Positions 50,601 to 64,000 of a stretch of DNA of 64,000 nt are shown here, one piece after another. The translations under genes were made by a program, and so were the position numbers. The stretch lies in the sequence record OR539219.1; one strand, given 5' to 3'. This DNA comes from Escherichia phage vB-Eco-KMB39. The notes under the pieces were generated by a model. That model was given only the letters and a program-made list of their open reading frames with translations, searched no databases and had not been told where the DNA came from. How positions within the stretch are numbered: the stretch's first letter is position 1; every line of letters starts with the position of its first letter.

Positions 50601-50700
50601 ATTTGCACAATTTAGGGATTTAGTTAATAAACGTCTAAAAGATAATATAGGAAATCCAAGAGACCCTGAAAATCCAACACAGGTTAAAATAGATGAATGA
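47602..50700 (+). CDS. 7: Baseplate wedge protein gp7
   Basis: 1032 aa as T4 gp7. Confidence 0.93.
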   Translation: MTVKAPSVTSLRISKLSANQVQVRWDDVGANFYYFVEIAETKSNSGKNLPSNQYRWINLGYTANNSFFFDDADPLTSYVIRVATAAQDFEQSDWIYTEEFETFATNAYTFQNMIEMQLANKFIQEKFTLNNSDYVNFNNDTIMAALMNESFQFSPSYADVSSISNFIIGENEYHEIQGSIQQVCKDINRVYLMESEGILYLFERYQPVVKVSNDKGQTWKAVKLFNDRVGYPLSKTVYYQSANTTYVLGYDKIFYGRKSTDVRWSADDVRFSSQDITFAKLGDQLHLGFDVEIFATYATLPANVYRIAEAITCTDDYIYVVARDKVRYIKTSNAPIDSDPLSPTYSERLFEPDTMTITGNPKAVCYKMDSIGDKVFALIIGEVETLNANPRTSKIIDSADKGIYVLNHDEKTWKRVFGNTEEERRRIQPGYANMSTDGKLVSLSSSNFKFLSDNVVNDPETAVKYQLIGAVKYEFPREWLADKHYHMMAFIADEKSDWETFTPQPMKYYAEPFFNWSKKSNTRCWINNSDRAVVVYADLKYTKVIENIPETSPDRLVHEYWDDGDCTIVMPNVKFTGFKKYASGMLFYKSSGEIISYYDFNYRVRDTVEIIWKPTEVFLKAFLQNQERETPWSPEEEHGLADPDLRPLIGTMMPDSYLLQDSNFEAFCEAYIQYLSDGYGTQYNNLRNLIRNQYPREEHAWEYLWSEIYKRNIYLNADKRDAVARFFESRSYDFYSTKGIEASYKFLFKVLYNEEVEIEIESGAGTEYDIIVQSDSLTEDLVGQTIYTATGRCNVTYIERSYSNGKLQWTVTIHNLLGRLIAGQEVKAERLPSFEGEIIRGVKGKDLLQNNIDYINRSRSYYVMKIKSNLPSSRWKSDVIRFVHPVGFGFIAITLLTMFINVGLTLKHTETIINKYKNYKWDSGLPTEYADRVAKLTPTGEIEHDSVTGEAIYEPGPMAGVEYPLPDDYNAENNNSIFQGQLPSERRKLMSPLFDASGTTFAQFRDLVNKRLKDNIGNPRDPENPTQVKIDE

Positions 50701-51697
50701 TTCAAGTGTTATCTATCGTGCGATAGTTACTTCAAAATTTAGAACAGAAAAAATGTTGAATTTTTATAATTCAATTGGAAGTGGTCCGGATAAAAACACT
50801 ATCTTTATTACATTTGGAAGATCAGAACCGTGGTCATCAAACGAAAATGAGGTGGGATTTGCCCCACCTTATCCCACTGATTCTGTGTTAGGTGTAACTG
50901 ACATGTGGACTCATATGATGGGAACCGTGAAGGTTCTTCCATCTATGCTTGATGCAGTTATTCCTCGTCGTGATTGGGGAGATACTAGATATCCGGATCC
51001 ATACACATTTAGAATTAACGATATTGTAGTGTGTAACTCAGCTCCTTACAACGCTACCGAATCAGGCGCAGGCTGGTTAGTATATCGTTGTTTAGATGTT
51101 CCTGATACCGGAATGTGTTCAATTGAGTCTTTAACTAATAAGGATGAATGCCTTAAGTTAGGTGGAAAATGGACTCCTTCTGTTAGGTCAATGACTCCTC
51201 CTGAAGGTCGAGGAGACGCGGAAGGAACAATCGAACCTGGAGACGGGTATGTATGGGAATATCTTTTTGAGATTCCGCCTGATGTATCTATAAACAGATG
51301 CACGAATGAATATATCGTGGTTCCTTGGCCTGAGGAATTAAAAGAAGATCCGACTAGATGGGGGTATGAAGATAACCTCACTTGGCAGCAAGATGATTTT
51401 GGATTAATTTACCGGGTTAAGGCAAATACTATTCGTTTTAAAGCATACTTAGATTCAGTTTATTTTCCTGAAGCTGCATTGCCAGGAAATAAAGGATTTA
51501 GACAAATATCGATAATCACGAATCCTCTTGAAGCTAAAGTTCATCCAAATGACCCAAACGTTAAAGCTGAAAAGGATTACTATGATCCGGAAGATTTAAT
51601 GAGGCATTCGGGCGAAATGATTTATATGGAAAATAGGCCACCTATTATTATGGCAATGGATCAAACGGAAGAAATCAATATTCTGTTTACATTTTAA
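50693..51697 (+). CDS. 8: Baseplate wedge protein gp8
   Basis: 334 aa as T4 gp8. Confidence 0.93.
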   Translation: MNDSSVIYRAIVTSKFRTEKMLNFYNSIGSGPDKNTIFITFGRSEPWSSNENEVGFAPPYPTDSVLGVTDMWTHMMGTVKVLPSMLDAVIPRRDWGDTRYPDPYTFRINDIVVCNSAPYNATESGAGWLVYRCLDVPDTGMCSIESLTNKDECLKLGGKWTPSVRSMTPPEGRGDAEGTIEPGDGYVWEYLFEIPPDVSINRCTNEYIVVPWPEELKEDPTRWGYEDNLTWQQDDFGLIYRVKANTIRFKAYLDSVYFPEAALPGNKGFRQISIITNPLEAKVHPNDPNVKAEKDYYDPEDLMRHSGEMIYMENRPPIIMAMDQTEEINILFTF

Positions 51698-51700
51698 ATT

Positions 51701-51720
51701 AAGGGAGCCCATGGGCTCCC
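51701..51720 (+). terminator. Intrinsic terminator hairpin after gene 8 (GGGAGCCC-AUGGGCUCCC then U-run); approximate
   Basis: Perfect inverted repeat followed by TTTTT on plus strand. Confidence 0.6.
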
Positions 51721-51728
51721 TTTTTCTT

Positions 51729-51736
51729 TATAAATA
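51729..51736 (+). promoter_or_regulatory. Late promoter box TATAAATA for gene 9
   Basis: Exact TATAAATA about 25 nt upstream of gp9 ATG. Confidence 0.6.
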
Positions 51737-51760
51737 CTATAAACTCATAAGGAAACCGCT

Positions 51761-52627
51761 ATGTTCATTCAAGAACCAAAGAAATTGATTGATACCGGCG
51801 AAATTGGTAACGCTTCTACTGGTGATATCTTATTCGACGGTGGTAATAAAATTAATAGTGATTTTAATGCAATTTATAACGCGTTTGGCGATCAGCGTAA
51901 AATGGCAGTAGCAAATGGTACTGGTGCTGACGGCCAAATTATCCATGCTACTGGATATTATCAAAAGCATTCTATCACAGAGTACGCAACTCCGGTGAAA
52001 GTTGGTACTAGACATGATATTGATACCTCTGCTGTAGGTGTTAAAGTTATCATTGAAAGAGGCGAACTTGGTGATTGCGTTGAATTTATTAACTCAAATG
52101 GATCTATATCAGTTACCAATCCTTTAACGATTCAAGCGATTGATTCAATTAAAGGTGTTTCAGGTAATTTGGTAGTAACTAGCCCATATAGTAAAGTTAC
52201 TTTACGTTGTATTTCATCTGATAATTCTACGTCAGTTTGGAATTATTCTATTGAAAGTATGTTTGGCCAAAAGGAATCACCGGCTGAAGGTACATGGAAT
52301 ATTTCTACATCCGGATCAGTTGACATTCCATTATTTCATCGTACTGAATATAACATGGCTAAATTGTTAGTTACTTGCCAATCGGTAGATGGAAGAAAAA
52401 TTAAAACAGCAGAAATAAATATTCTTGTAGATACTGTTAATTCAACGGTCATTTCTTCTGAATATGCTGTCATGCGGGTTGGGAATGAAACCGAAGAAGA
52501 CGAAATCGCTAATATTGCATTTAGTATTAAAGAAAATTATGTAACGGCGACTATAAGTTCTTCAACTGTCGGTATGAGAGCAGCAGTTAAAGTTATCGCT
52601 ACGCAGAAAATCGGGGTGGCTCAATAA
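51761..52627 (+). CDS. 9: Baseplate protein gp9 (long tail fibre socket)
   Basis: 288 aa as T4 gp9. Confidence 0.93.
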   Translation: MFIQEPKKLIDTGEIGNASTGDILFDGGNKINSDFNAIYNAFGDQRKMAVANGTGADGQIIHATGYYQKHSITEYATPVKVGTRHDIDTSAVGVKVIIERGELGDCVEFINSNGSISVTNPLTIQAIDSIKGVSGNLVVTSPYSKVTLRCISSDNSTSVWNYSIESMFGQKESPAEGTWNISTSGSVDIPLFHRTEYNMAKLLVTCQSVDGRKIKTAEINILVDTVNSTVISSEYAVMRVGNETEEDEIANIAFSIKENYVTATISSSTVGMRAAVKVIATQKIGVAQ

Positions 52628-54432
52628 TGAAACAAAATATTAATATCGGTAATGTTGTAGATGATGGTACCGGTGACTACCTGCGTAAAGGTGGTATAAA
52701 AATAAATGAAAACTTTGATGAGCTTTATTATGAACTCGGTGATGGTAATGTTCCATATTCAGCCGGTGCCTGGAAAACTTATAATGCTTCATCTGGGCAA
52801 ACATTAAAAGCTGAATGGGGAAAATCATACGCTATTAATACTTCGTCTGGAAGAGTAACACTGCAACTTCCTAAAGGAACTGTTAATGATTATAATAAAG
52901 TAATTAGAGCTAGGGATGTATTTGCAACATGGAATGTTAATCCAGTTACTTTAGTAGCCGCTTCTGGTGATACTATCAAAGGATCATCGTCATCGGTTGA
53001 AATTAACGTTCAATTTAGTGATTTAGAGCTAGTTTATTGCGCTCCGGGTCGTTGGGAATATGTCAAAAATAAACAAATTGACAAAATTATTAGTTCAGAC
53101 ATTAGCAATGTAGCTCGTAAAGAATTTTTAGTCGAAGTTCAAGGACAAACAGACTTTTTAGATATTTTCCGTGGAACTAGTTATAATGTTAATAACATCA
53201 GAGTAAAACACCGCGGTAACGAATTGTATTACGGCGATGTTTTTAGCGAAAACAGTGACTTTGGCTCTCCAGGGGAAAATGAAGGAGAATTGGTTCCTCT
53301 TGATGGATTTAATATTAGATTAAGACAGCCTTGTAATATTGGTGACACTGTTCAAATTGAAACATTTATGGATGGTGTATCGCAGTGGAGAAGTTCATAC
53401 ACAAGACGTCAAATAAAAGTATTAGATTCAAAATTAACATCAAAAACTTCTTTGGAAGGAAGTATTTACGTTACTGATTTATCGACAATGAAATCAATTC
53501 CATTCTCCGCATTTGGATTAATTCCAGGAGAACCTATTAATCCTAATTCTCTTGAAGTTCGTTTTAATGGAATTTTACAACAACAAGCTGGAACAGCAGG
53601 ATATCCTCTGTTTTTATGTGAAGGCGCTAATTCAGATACACAAGAAGGATGTATATCTCTTGGTGGTGAATGGAAAGAATCAAACACAGATTATTCTATA
53701 GAATATGAAGATGGAAAACCGATCAGTCTTTTATTTGATAGAAAATTTGAATCAGGTGATATAATCGTTATAACATGGTTCAATAATGATTTAGGAACTC
53801 TTTTGGAAAAAGATGACATTATTGAATTAACTGATGAACGCTATGTTAGCAAAGGATCATCTACTGAAGTTACTGGTGATGTAGCCTTAACTGATTTTGA
53901 TAAAATCGGTTGGCCAAATGTTGAAAAAGTTGATTCTTATACTAGAACATATAATTCAATATCATCTATTTTCGATAGCATTTATCCCATTGGTTCAATT
54001 TATGAAAATGCTATAAACCCAAATAATCCGGTGACTTATATGGGATTTGGTTCATGGAAATTATTTGGTAAAGGACAAGTTTTAGTAGGATGGAATGATG
54101 ATGTTACGGATCCAAACTTTGCATTAAATAACAATGATTTAGATTCTAGCGGAAATCCTTCGCATACTGCCGGTGGAACAGTTGGAACAACATCAGTGAC
54201 ACTTGAGAACGCAAATCTTCCTGCAACTAAAACTGATGAAAAAGTTTTAATTGAAGATGAAAACGGATCAGTTATTATTGGAGGTTGCCAATATGACCCA
54301 GATGAAACTGGTCCTATATATACAAAATACCGTGAAGACTACGCAACAACAAACTCTTCACATACTCCTCCTGCTAATATTAGTAATATTCAACCGTCTA
54401 TTACTGTATACCGTTGGATAAGGATTGCATAA
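52627..54432 (+). CDS. 10: Baseplate wedge protein gp10
   Basis: 601 aa (T4 gp10 about 602). Confidence 0.92.
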   Translation: MKQNINIGNVVDDGTGDYLRKGGIKINENFDELYYELGDGNVPYSAGAWKTYNASSGQTLKAEWGKSYAINTSSGRVTLQLPKGTVNDYNKVIRARDVFATWNVNPVTLVAASGDTIKGSSSSVEINVQFSDLELVYCAPGRWEYVKNKQIDKIISSDISNVARKEFLVEVQGQTDFLDIFRGTSYNVNNIRVKHRGNELYYGDVFSENSDFGSPGENEGELVPLDGFNIRLRQPCNIGDTVQIETFMDGVSQWRSSYTRRQIKVLDSKLTSKTSLEGSIYVTDLSTMKSIPFSAFGLIPGEPINPNSLEVRFNGILQQQAGTAGYPLFLCEGANSDTQEGCISLGGEWKESNTDYSIEYEDGKPISLLFDRKFESGDIIVITWFNNDLGTLLEKDDIIELTDERYVSKGSSTEVTGDVALTDFDKIGWPNVEKVDSYTRTYNSISSIFDSIYPIGSIYENAINPNNPVTYMGFGSWKLFGKGQVLVGWNDDVTDPNFALNNNDLDSSGNPSHTAGGTVGTTSVTLENANLPATKTDEKVLIEDENGSVIIGGCQYDPDETGPIYTKYREDYATTNSSHTPPANISNIQPSITVYRWIRIA

Positions 54433-55091
54433 TGAGTTTACTTAATAATAAAGCGGGAGTTATTTCCCGCTTAGCAGATTTTCTTGGTTTTAGAACTAAG
54501 AAAAATGATATTTCGGTTATGAATAATCAGCCAGTAGGTGCTGTAACAATTTCACAAATAGCAAAAGGTTTTTATGACCCAAATGTAGAATCTGCTATCA
54601 ATGATGTTAGAAATATGGCAGAGCAACAGGTTGGAGCTGTATTAGTTAATATAAGTGGCGTATCTCCTACTGGCGTGCAGCAAACAGACTATTGGTCATT
54701 TGAAGGAACTGTTACTGATACTTCAGCCAAACCAGGTGACCCAGTTATTGTTAATATGTTTGGCATTCCTGTTAAAGCTACTAATGGAATGACTTCAATC
54801 GAATTTACCAGTGCCGTTAGAACAGCTCTACAGGAAATGGTTGCAAAATTTATTGCAATTGATTCATTTGAAGACCATCCTACCATAGGAAATAAAATAC
54901 AAGTTAAGTATTTAGATAACCAAGAACATATCTTAGAACAATACTCTGATAAAGGAATTACTTTCAAACAGGAAATAATTTCTCCTTCTAAACCTGGGTA
55001 TGGAACTTGGCAATTATTAGGTGCGCAAACTGTTACGCTAGATAGTCACACCCAACCTACAGTATTTTATTATTTTGAGAGAATAGCATGA
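54432..55091 (+). CDS. 11: Baseplate wedge protein gp11 (short tail fibre attachment)
   Basis: ATG 54432 overlapping gp10 stop (TAATG) gives 219 aa starting [21 protein letters not shown] as T4 gp11. Confidence 0.93.
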   Translation: MSLLNNKAGVISRLADFLGFRTKKNDISVMNNQPVGAVTISQIAKGFYDPNVESAINDVRNMAEQQVGAVLVNISGVSPTGVQQTDYWSFEGTVTDTSAKPGDPVIVNMFGIPVKATNGMTSIEFTSAVRTALQEMVAKFIAIDSFEDHPTIGNKIQVKYLDNQEHILEQYSDKGITFKQEIISPSKPGYGTWQLLGAQTVTLDSHTQPTVFYYFERIA

Positions 55092-56638
55092 GTAACAATA
55101 CATATCAGCACGTATCAAATGAATCGAAATACGTTAAATTCGATCCTGCAGGATCGAATTTTCCTGACACTGTCACGACAGTGCAGTCAGCATTATCAAA
55201 AATAAGTAATATCGGCGTAAATGGTATTCCTGATGCAACTATGGAAGTTAAAGGAATAGCAATGATTGCATCGGAGCAAGAGGTTTTAGATGGAACTAAT
55301 AATTCTAAAATCGTTACACCAGCTACATTAGCAACAAGATTATTGTATCCAAATGCTACTGAAACTAAATATGGGTTAACGCGCTATTCAACAAATGAAG
55401 AAACTTTAGAAGGCTCAGATAATAATTCATCAATAACGCCGCAAAAACTGAAATACCATACTGACGATGTATTCCAAAATAGGTATTCATCTGAATCATC
55501 AAATGGAGTTATTAAAATATCATCTACTCCTGCGGCTTTGGCTGGTATAGATGATACTACGGCGATGACTCCGTTGAAAACCCAAAAACTCGCAATAAAA
55601 TTAATTTCGCAAATAGCTCCTTCAGAAGACACAGCATCAGAATCTGTTAGAGGTGTAGTTCAGTTATCAACTGTCGCTCAAACTCGTCAAGGAACTCTCC
55701 GCGAAGGATATGCAATTTCTCCGTATACCTTTATGAATTCTGTTGCAACACAAGAATATAAGGGTGTTATACGTTTAGGAACACAATCAGAAATTAACAG
55801 TAATTTGGGAGATGTTGCAGTAACAGGTGAAACACTAAATGGTCGAGGAGCTACCGGTTCTATGCGTGGGGTAGTAAAATTAACGACGCAAGCCGGTATT
55901 GCCCCTGAAGGTGATAGCTCTGGGGCATTAGCCTGGAACGCAGATGTAATTAATACTCGTGGTGGACAAACTATTAATGGTTCTTTAAATTTAGACCATC
56001 TCACGGCAAATGGAATTTGGTCGCGCGGCGGAATGTGGAAAAATGGCGATCAGCCTGTTGCCACTGAAAGATATGCGTCCGAACGGGTTCCGGTTGGAAC
56101 TATTATGATGTTTGCGGGTGATTCAGCACCTCCAGGTTGGATTATGTGTCATGGTGGAACTGTGTCAGGAGATCAATATCCTGATTATAGAAACACAGTT
56201 GGAACAAGATTTGGTGGGGATTGGAATAATCCAGGGATTCCTGATATGCGAGGTCTTTTCGTCAGAGGAGCGGGCACAGGTGGTCATATTTTAAATCAAC
56301 GAGGACAAGATGGTTATGGGAAGGATAGACTTGGTGTAGGATGTGATGGAATGCATGTTGGTGGTGTTCAAGCGCAACAAATGTCATACCATAAACACGC
56401 TGGTGGTTGGGGAGAATATAACAGAAGTGAAGGTCCATTTGGCGCGTCTGTTTATCAAGGATATCTTGGAACTAGAAAATATGCCGACTGGGATAACGCT
56501 TCATACTTCACCAATGATGGATTTGAATTAGGTGGACCGAGAGATGCCCTTGGTACACTTAATCGTGAAGGATTAATTGGTTATGAAACTAGACCATGGA
56601 ATATATCATTAAACTATATTATTAAAATTCATTACTAA
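55088..56638 (+). CDS. 12: Short tail fibre protein gp12
   Basis: 516 aa; position after gene 11; Gly/Ser-rich repeat-containing fibre protein. Confidence 0.9.
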   Translation: MSNNTYQHVSNESKYVKFDPAGSNFPDTVTTVQSALSKISNIGVNGIPDATMEVKGIAMIASEQEVLDGTNNSKIVTPATLATRLLYPNATETKYGLTRYSTNEETLEGSDNNSSITPQKLKYHTDDVFQNRYSSESSNGVIKISSTPAALAGIDDTTAMTPLKTQKLAIKLISQIAPSEDTASESVRGVVQLSTVAQTRQGTLREGYAISPYTFMNSVATQEYKGVIRLGTQSEINSNLGDVAVTGETLNGRGATGSMRGVVKLTTQAGIAPEGDSSGALAWNADVINTRGGQTINGSLNLDHLTANGIWSRGGMWKNGDQPVATERYASERVPVGTIMMFAGDSAPPGWIMCHGGTVSGDQYPDYRNTVGTRFGGDWNNPGIPDMRGLFVRGAGTGGHILNQRGQDGYGKDRLGVGCDGMHVGGVQAQQMSYHKHAGGWGEYNRSEGPFGASVYQGYLGTRKYADWDNASYFTNDGFELGGPRDALGTLNREGLIGYETRPWNISLNYIIKIHY

Positions 56639-56647
56639 GGATTACAA

Positions 56648-58105
56648 ATGATTGAATTAAAAGAGTTACCTTTTGTTGATAGCGTTCCTGGCGAAGGTCA
56701 GGAGCGTATTTCATGGATTAAAAATGGTGAAGAAATATTAGGAGCTAGTACTAAGTATGGAAACGATGGATCAATGAATAGACCAACTGTTTCCGTGTTT
56801 AAAAATGTTGAGGTTCTTGACGAAAATATAGGAATTCTTAAAACAGCATTAGAAACATCCCAGGAAGATATTAAAACCATTCAGGGTATCTTAGATGTAT
56901 CTGGTGATATAGAAGCTTTATCGCAAATAAGTATCAATAAAAAGGATATCACTGATCTTAAAACGCTTACGAGTGAACATACCGAAATATTAAATGGAAC
57001 TAATAATACTGTCGATAGCATTCTTGCTGACATTGGTCCATTTAATTCGCAAGCAAATTCAGTTTATAGAACGATTAGAAATGATTTGTTATGGATTAAA
57101 AGGGAATTAGGACAATATGCTGGGCAAGACATTAACGGTCTTCCTGTTGTAGGAAATAGCAGCACGGGTATGAAGCACCGTATCATTAATAATACAGATG
57201 CTATAACTTCCCAAGGAATACGTCTAAGTGATTTGGAAGAAAAATTTATTGAATCTGATGTAGGTTCACTGACAATTGAAGTCGGAAATCTTAGACAAGA
57301 ACTTGGACAAAGACCATCTTCATTTAGTGAAAGCATATATTCACGTGTGCATAATTTAGATCAATCTCAAATTAATCTTAGTTCCGAAATTAAATCTATC
57401 AAAACTTCTATTGGATATCCAGGAAATACTTCAATAATCACAGATGTTAACACTAATACCCAAGAAATTTCAGCTTTAAATGATGAACTAAATAAAAGCG
57501 GAGGTATTAAACAGCGATTGACTGTCATTGAAACATCAATTGGCTCAGATGATATTCCTTCTAGTATTAAAGGTCGAATTAAAGATAATACAACATCTAT
57601 TGAGTTTTTAAATGGAATTGTTGGTGAAAACACTTCATCTGGACTACGAGCAAATGTTTCATGGCTAAACCAAATCGTTGGAACTGATTCTAGTGGAGGT
57701 CAGCCTTCTCCTCCTGGGTCTCTTTTAAATAGGGTTTCAACTATTGAAACTTCCGTTAATAGATTGAACAATGATGTTCAAAACTTACAAGTTGAAATTG
57801 GTAATAACAATTCCGGAATTAAAGGACAAGTTGTAGCATTAAATAAATTAGTAAATGGAACAAATCCAAATGGTTCAACTGTCGAAGAACGCGGATTGAC
57901 TAATTCAATAAAAGCTAATGAGACTAACATTGCTTCAATTAATCAAGAAATGCGTAGTATTAAAAGTAATGTATCTTCGTTACAGGGGGATGTTCAGACT
58001 TTGCAGGAAGCAGGTTATATTCCTGAAGCTCCAAAAGATGGTCAAGCTTACGTTCGTAAAGACGGCGAATGGGTATTACTTTCTACCTTTTTATCACCAG
58101 CATAA
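56648..58105 (+). CDS. wac: Fibritin (whisker antigen control)
   Basis: 485 aa coiled-coil protein with C-terminal foldon [27 protein letters not shown]. Confidence 0.95.
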   Translation: MIELKELPFVDSVPGEGQERISWIKNGEEILGASTKYGNDGSMNRPTVSVFKNVEVLDENIGILKTALETSQEDIKTIQGILDVSGDIEALSQISINKKDITDLKTLTSEHTEILNGTNNTVDSILADIGPFNSQANSVYRTIRNDLLWIKRELGQYAGQDINGLPVVGNSSTGMKHRIINNTDAITSQGIRLSDLEEKFIESDVGSLTIEVGNLRQELGQRPSSFSESIYSRVHNLDQSQINLSSEIKSIKTSIGYPGNTSIITDVNTNTQEISALNDELNKSGGIKQRLTVIETSIGSDDIPSSIKGRIKDNTTSIEFLNGIVGENTSSGLRANVSWLNQIVGTDSSGGQPSPPGSLLNRVSTIETSVNRLNNDVQNLQVEIGNNNSGIKGQVVALNKLVNGTNPNGSTVEERGLTNSIKANETNIASINQEMRSIKSNVSSLQGDVQTLQEAGYIPEAPKDGQAYVRKDGEWVLLSTFLSPA

Positions 58106-58108
58106 CAT

Positions 58109-58124
58109 GGGGCCGCAAGGCCCC
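58109..58124 (+). terminator. Stem-loop after wac (GGGGCC-GCAA-GGCCCC); approximate
   Basis: Perfect hairpin 3 nt after the wac stop; no strong U-run. Confidence 0.4.
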
Positions 58125-58136
58125 AAAGGATTTTAA

Positions 58137-59839
<1,703 letters not shown>

Positions 59840-59881
59840 TAAATATTAATAAACTAATTAAAGCCCAGATTAGGAGAAATC

Positions 59882-63022
<3,141 letters not shown>

Positions 63023-63050
63023 TATTAAAGCATATTAAAGAGGATTAAAA

Positions 63051-64000
63051 ATGACTTTATTATCTCCGGGCATTGAGCTCAAAGAAACTACGGTTCAAAG
63101 CACCGTTGTTAATAACTCTACTGGTACAGCAGCTTTGGCCGGTAAATTCCAGTGGGGTCCTGCTTTTCAGATTAAACAGGTTACAAATGAAGTAGATTTA
63201 GTTAATACTTTTGGTCAACCTACAGCTGAAACTGCTGATTATTTTATGTCTGCAATGAATTTCTTACAATATGGAAATGATTTGCGAGTTGTGCGTGCTG
63301 TCGATAGAGATACCGCTAAAAACTCATCTCCGATTGCTGGTAATATTGAATACACTATTTCAGCCCCAGGTAGTAACTACGCGGTTGGAGATAAAATCAC
63401 GGTTAAGTATGTTTCAGAAAATGTTGAAACAGAGGGTAAAATTACTGAAGTAGACGCAGATGGAAAAATTAAGAAAATTAATATTCCTACTGCAAAAATT
63501 ATTGCTAAAGCGAAAGAAGTCGGTGAATATCCAGCATTAGGTTCTAACTGGACTGCAGAAATTTCTTCATCTTCTTCCGGTTTAGCTGCAGTAATAACTC
63601 TTGGAAAAATTATTACTGATTCCGGTATTTTATTAGCTGAAATCGAGAGCGCTGAAACTGCTATGACAGCAGTTGATTTTCAGGCAAATCTTGAAAAATA
63701 TGGAATTCCAGGAGTAGTAGCTCTCTATCCAGGCGAATTAGGCGATAAAATTGAAATTGAAATCGTATCTAAAGCTGACTACGCAAAAGGTGCTTCTGCA
63801 TTACTCCCAATTTATCCAGGTGGTGGAACACGCGCATCTACTGCCAAGGCAGTGTTTGGATATGGACCACAAACTGATTCACAATACGCTATTATAGTTC
63901 GTCGTAATGATGCTATTGTTCAAAGCGTTGTTCTTTCAACAAAGCGTGGTGAAAAAGATATTTACGATAGTAACATCTATATTGATGACTTTTTCGCAAA
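63051..64000 (+). CDS. 18: Tail sheath protein gp18, N-terminal part (runs off window end)
   Basis: Translation from ATG 63051: MTLLSPGIELKETTVQSTVVNNSTGTAALAGKFQWGPAFQIKQVTNEVDL... matches T4 gp18 N-terminus; no stop before 64000. Confidence 0.95.
   Translation, partial: MTLLSPGIELKETTVQSTVVNNSTGTAALAGKFQWGPAFQIKQVTNEVDLVNTFGQPTAETADYFMSAMNFLQYGNDLRVVRAVDRDTAKNSSPIAGNIEYTISAPGSNYAVGDKITVKYVSENVETEGKITEVDADGKIKKINIPTAKIIAKAKEVGEYPALGSNWTAEISSSSSGLAAVITLGKIITDSGILLAEIESAETAMTAVDFQANLEKYGIPGVVALYPGELGDKIEIEIVSKADYAKGASALLPIYPGGGTRASTAKAVFGYGPQTDSQYAIIVRRNDAIVQSVVLSTKRGEKDIYDSNIYIDDFFA

Noticed and set aside
56648-58105. Possibility that repetitive sequence in the fibre genes (wac, gene 12, gene 5 C-terminus) is a CRISPR array or other DNA repeat
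   Set aside because: The periodicity is at the protein level (coiled-coil and beta-helix repeats); no direct repeat-spacer architecture is present anywhere in the window.

Overview
This window reads as a contiguous segment of a T4-like (Tevenvirinae) myovirus genome, running from the start of recombination gene 46 to the 5' part of tail sheath gene 18. Coordinates 1-42443 are a densely packed early/middle region on the minus strand: genes 46/47, alpha-glucosyltransferase, late sigma factor gp55, anaerobic ribonucleotide reductase nrdD/nrdG, endonuclease VII, pin, nrdC, a long block of small unknown ORFs, rI, tk, regB, lysozyme e, nudE, a nine-gene tRNA cluster split by segB, then 57B/57A and genes 1, 3, 2, 4. 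Coordinates 42491-64000 are the plus-strand late baseplate, neck and packaging block: genes 53, 5, 5.1, 5.4, 6-12, wac, 13-17 and the start of 18. Assignments rest on ORF lengths, gene order and N-terminal or motif matches recalled from phage T4; no database search was run, and starts are those of the supplied ORF track unless a better ATG plus Shine-Dalgarno was verified by eye. Relative to the T4 reference as I recall it, the window is mosaic, and the most notable features are: a perfect 55-bp tandem duplication that breaks a GrcA/YfiD-like glycyl-radical gene; an HNH endonuclease between genes 2 and 3; an intronless nrdD; a tRNA set with Tyr and Asn but no Pro; no denV or ipII between regB and e; and several paralogous gene arrays and an ATPase/nucleotidyltransferase pair of unknown function. 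Regulatory and tRNA coordinates are approximate to within a few bases.
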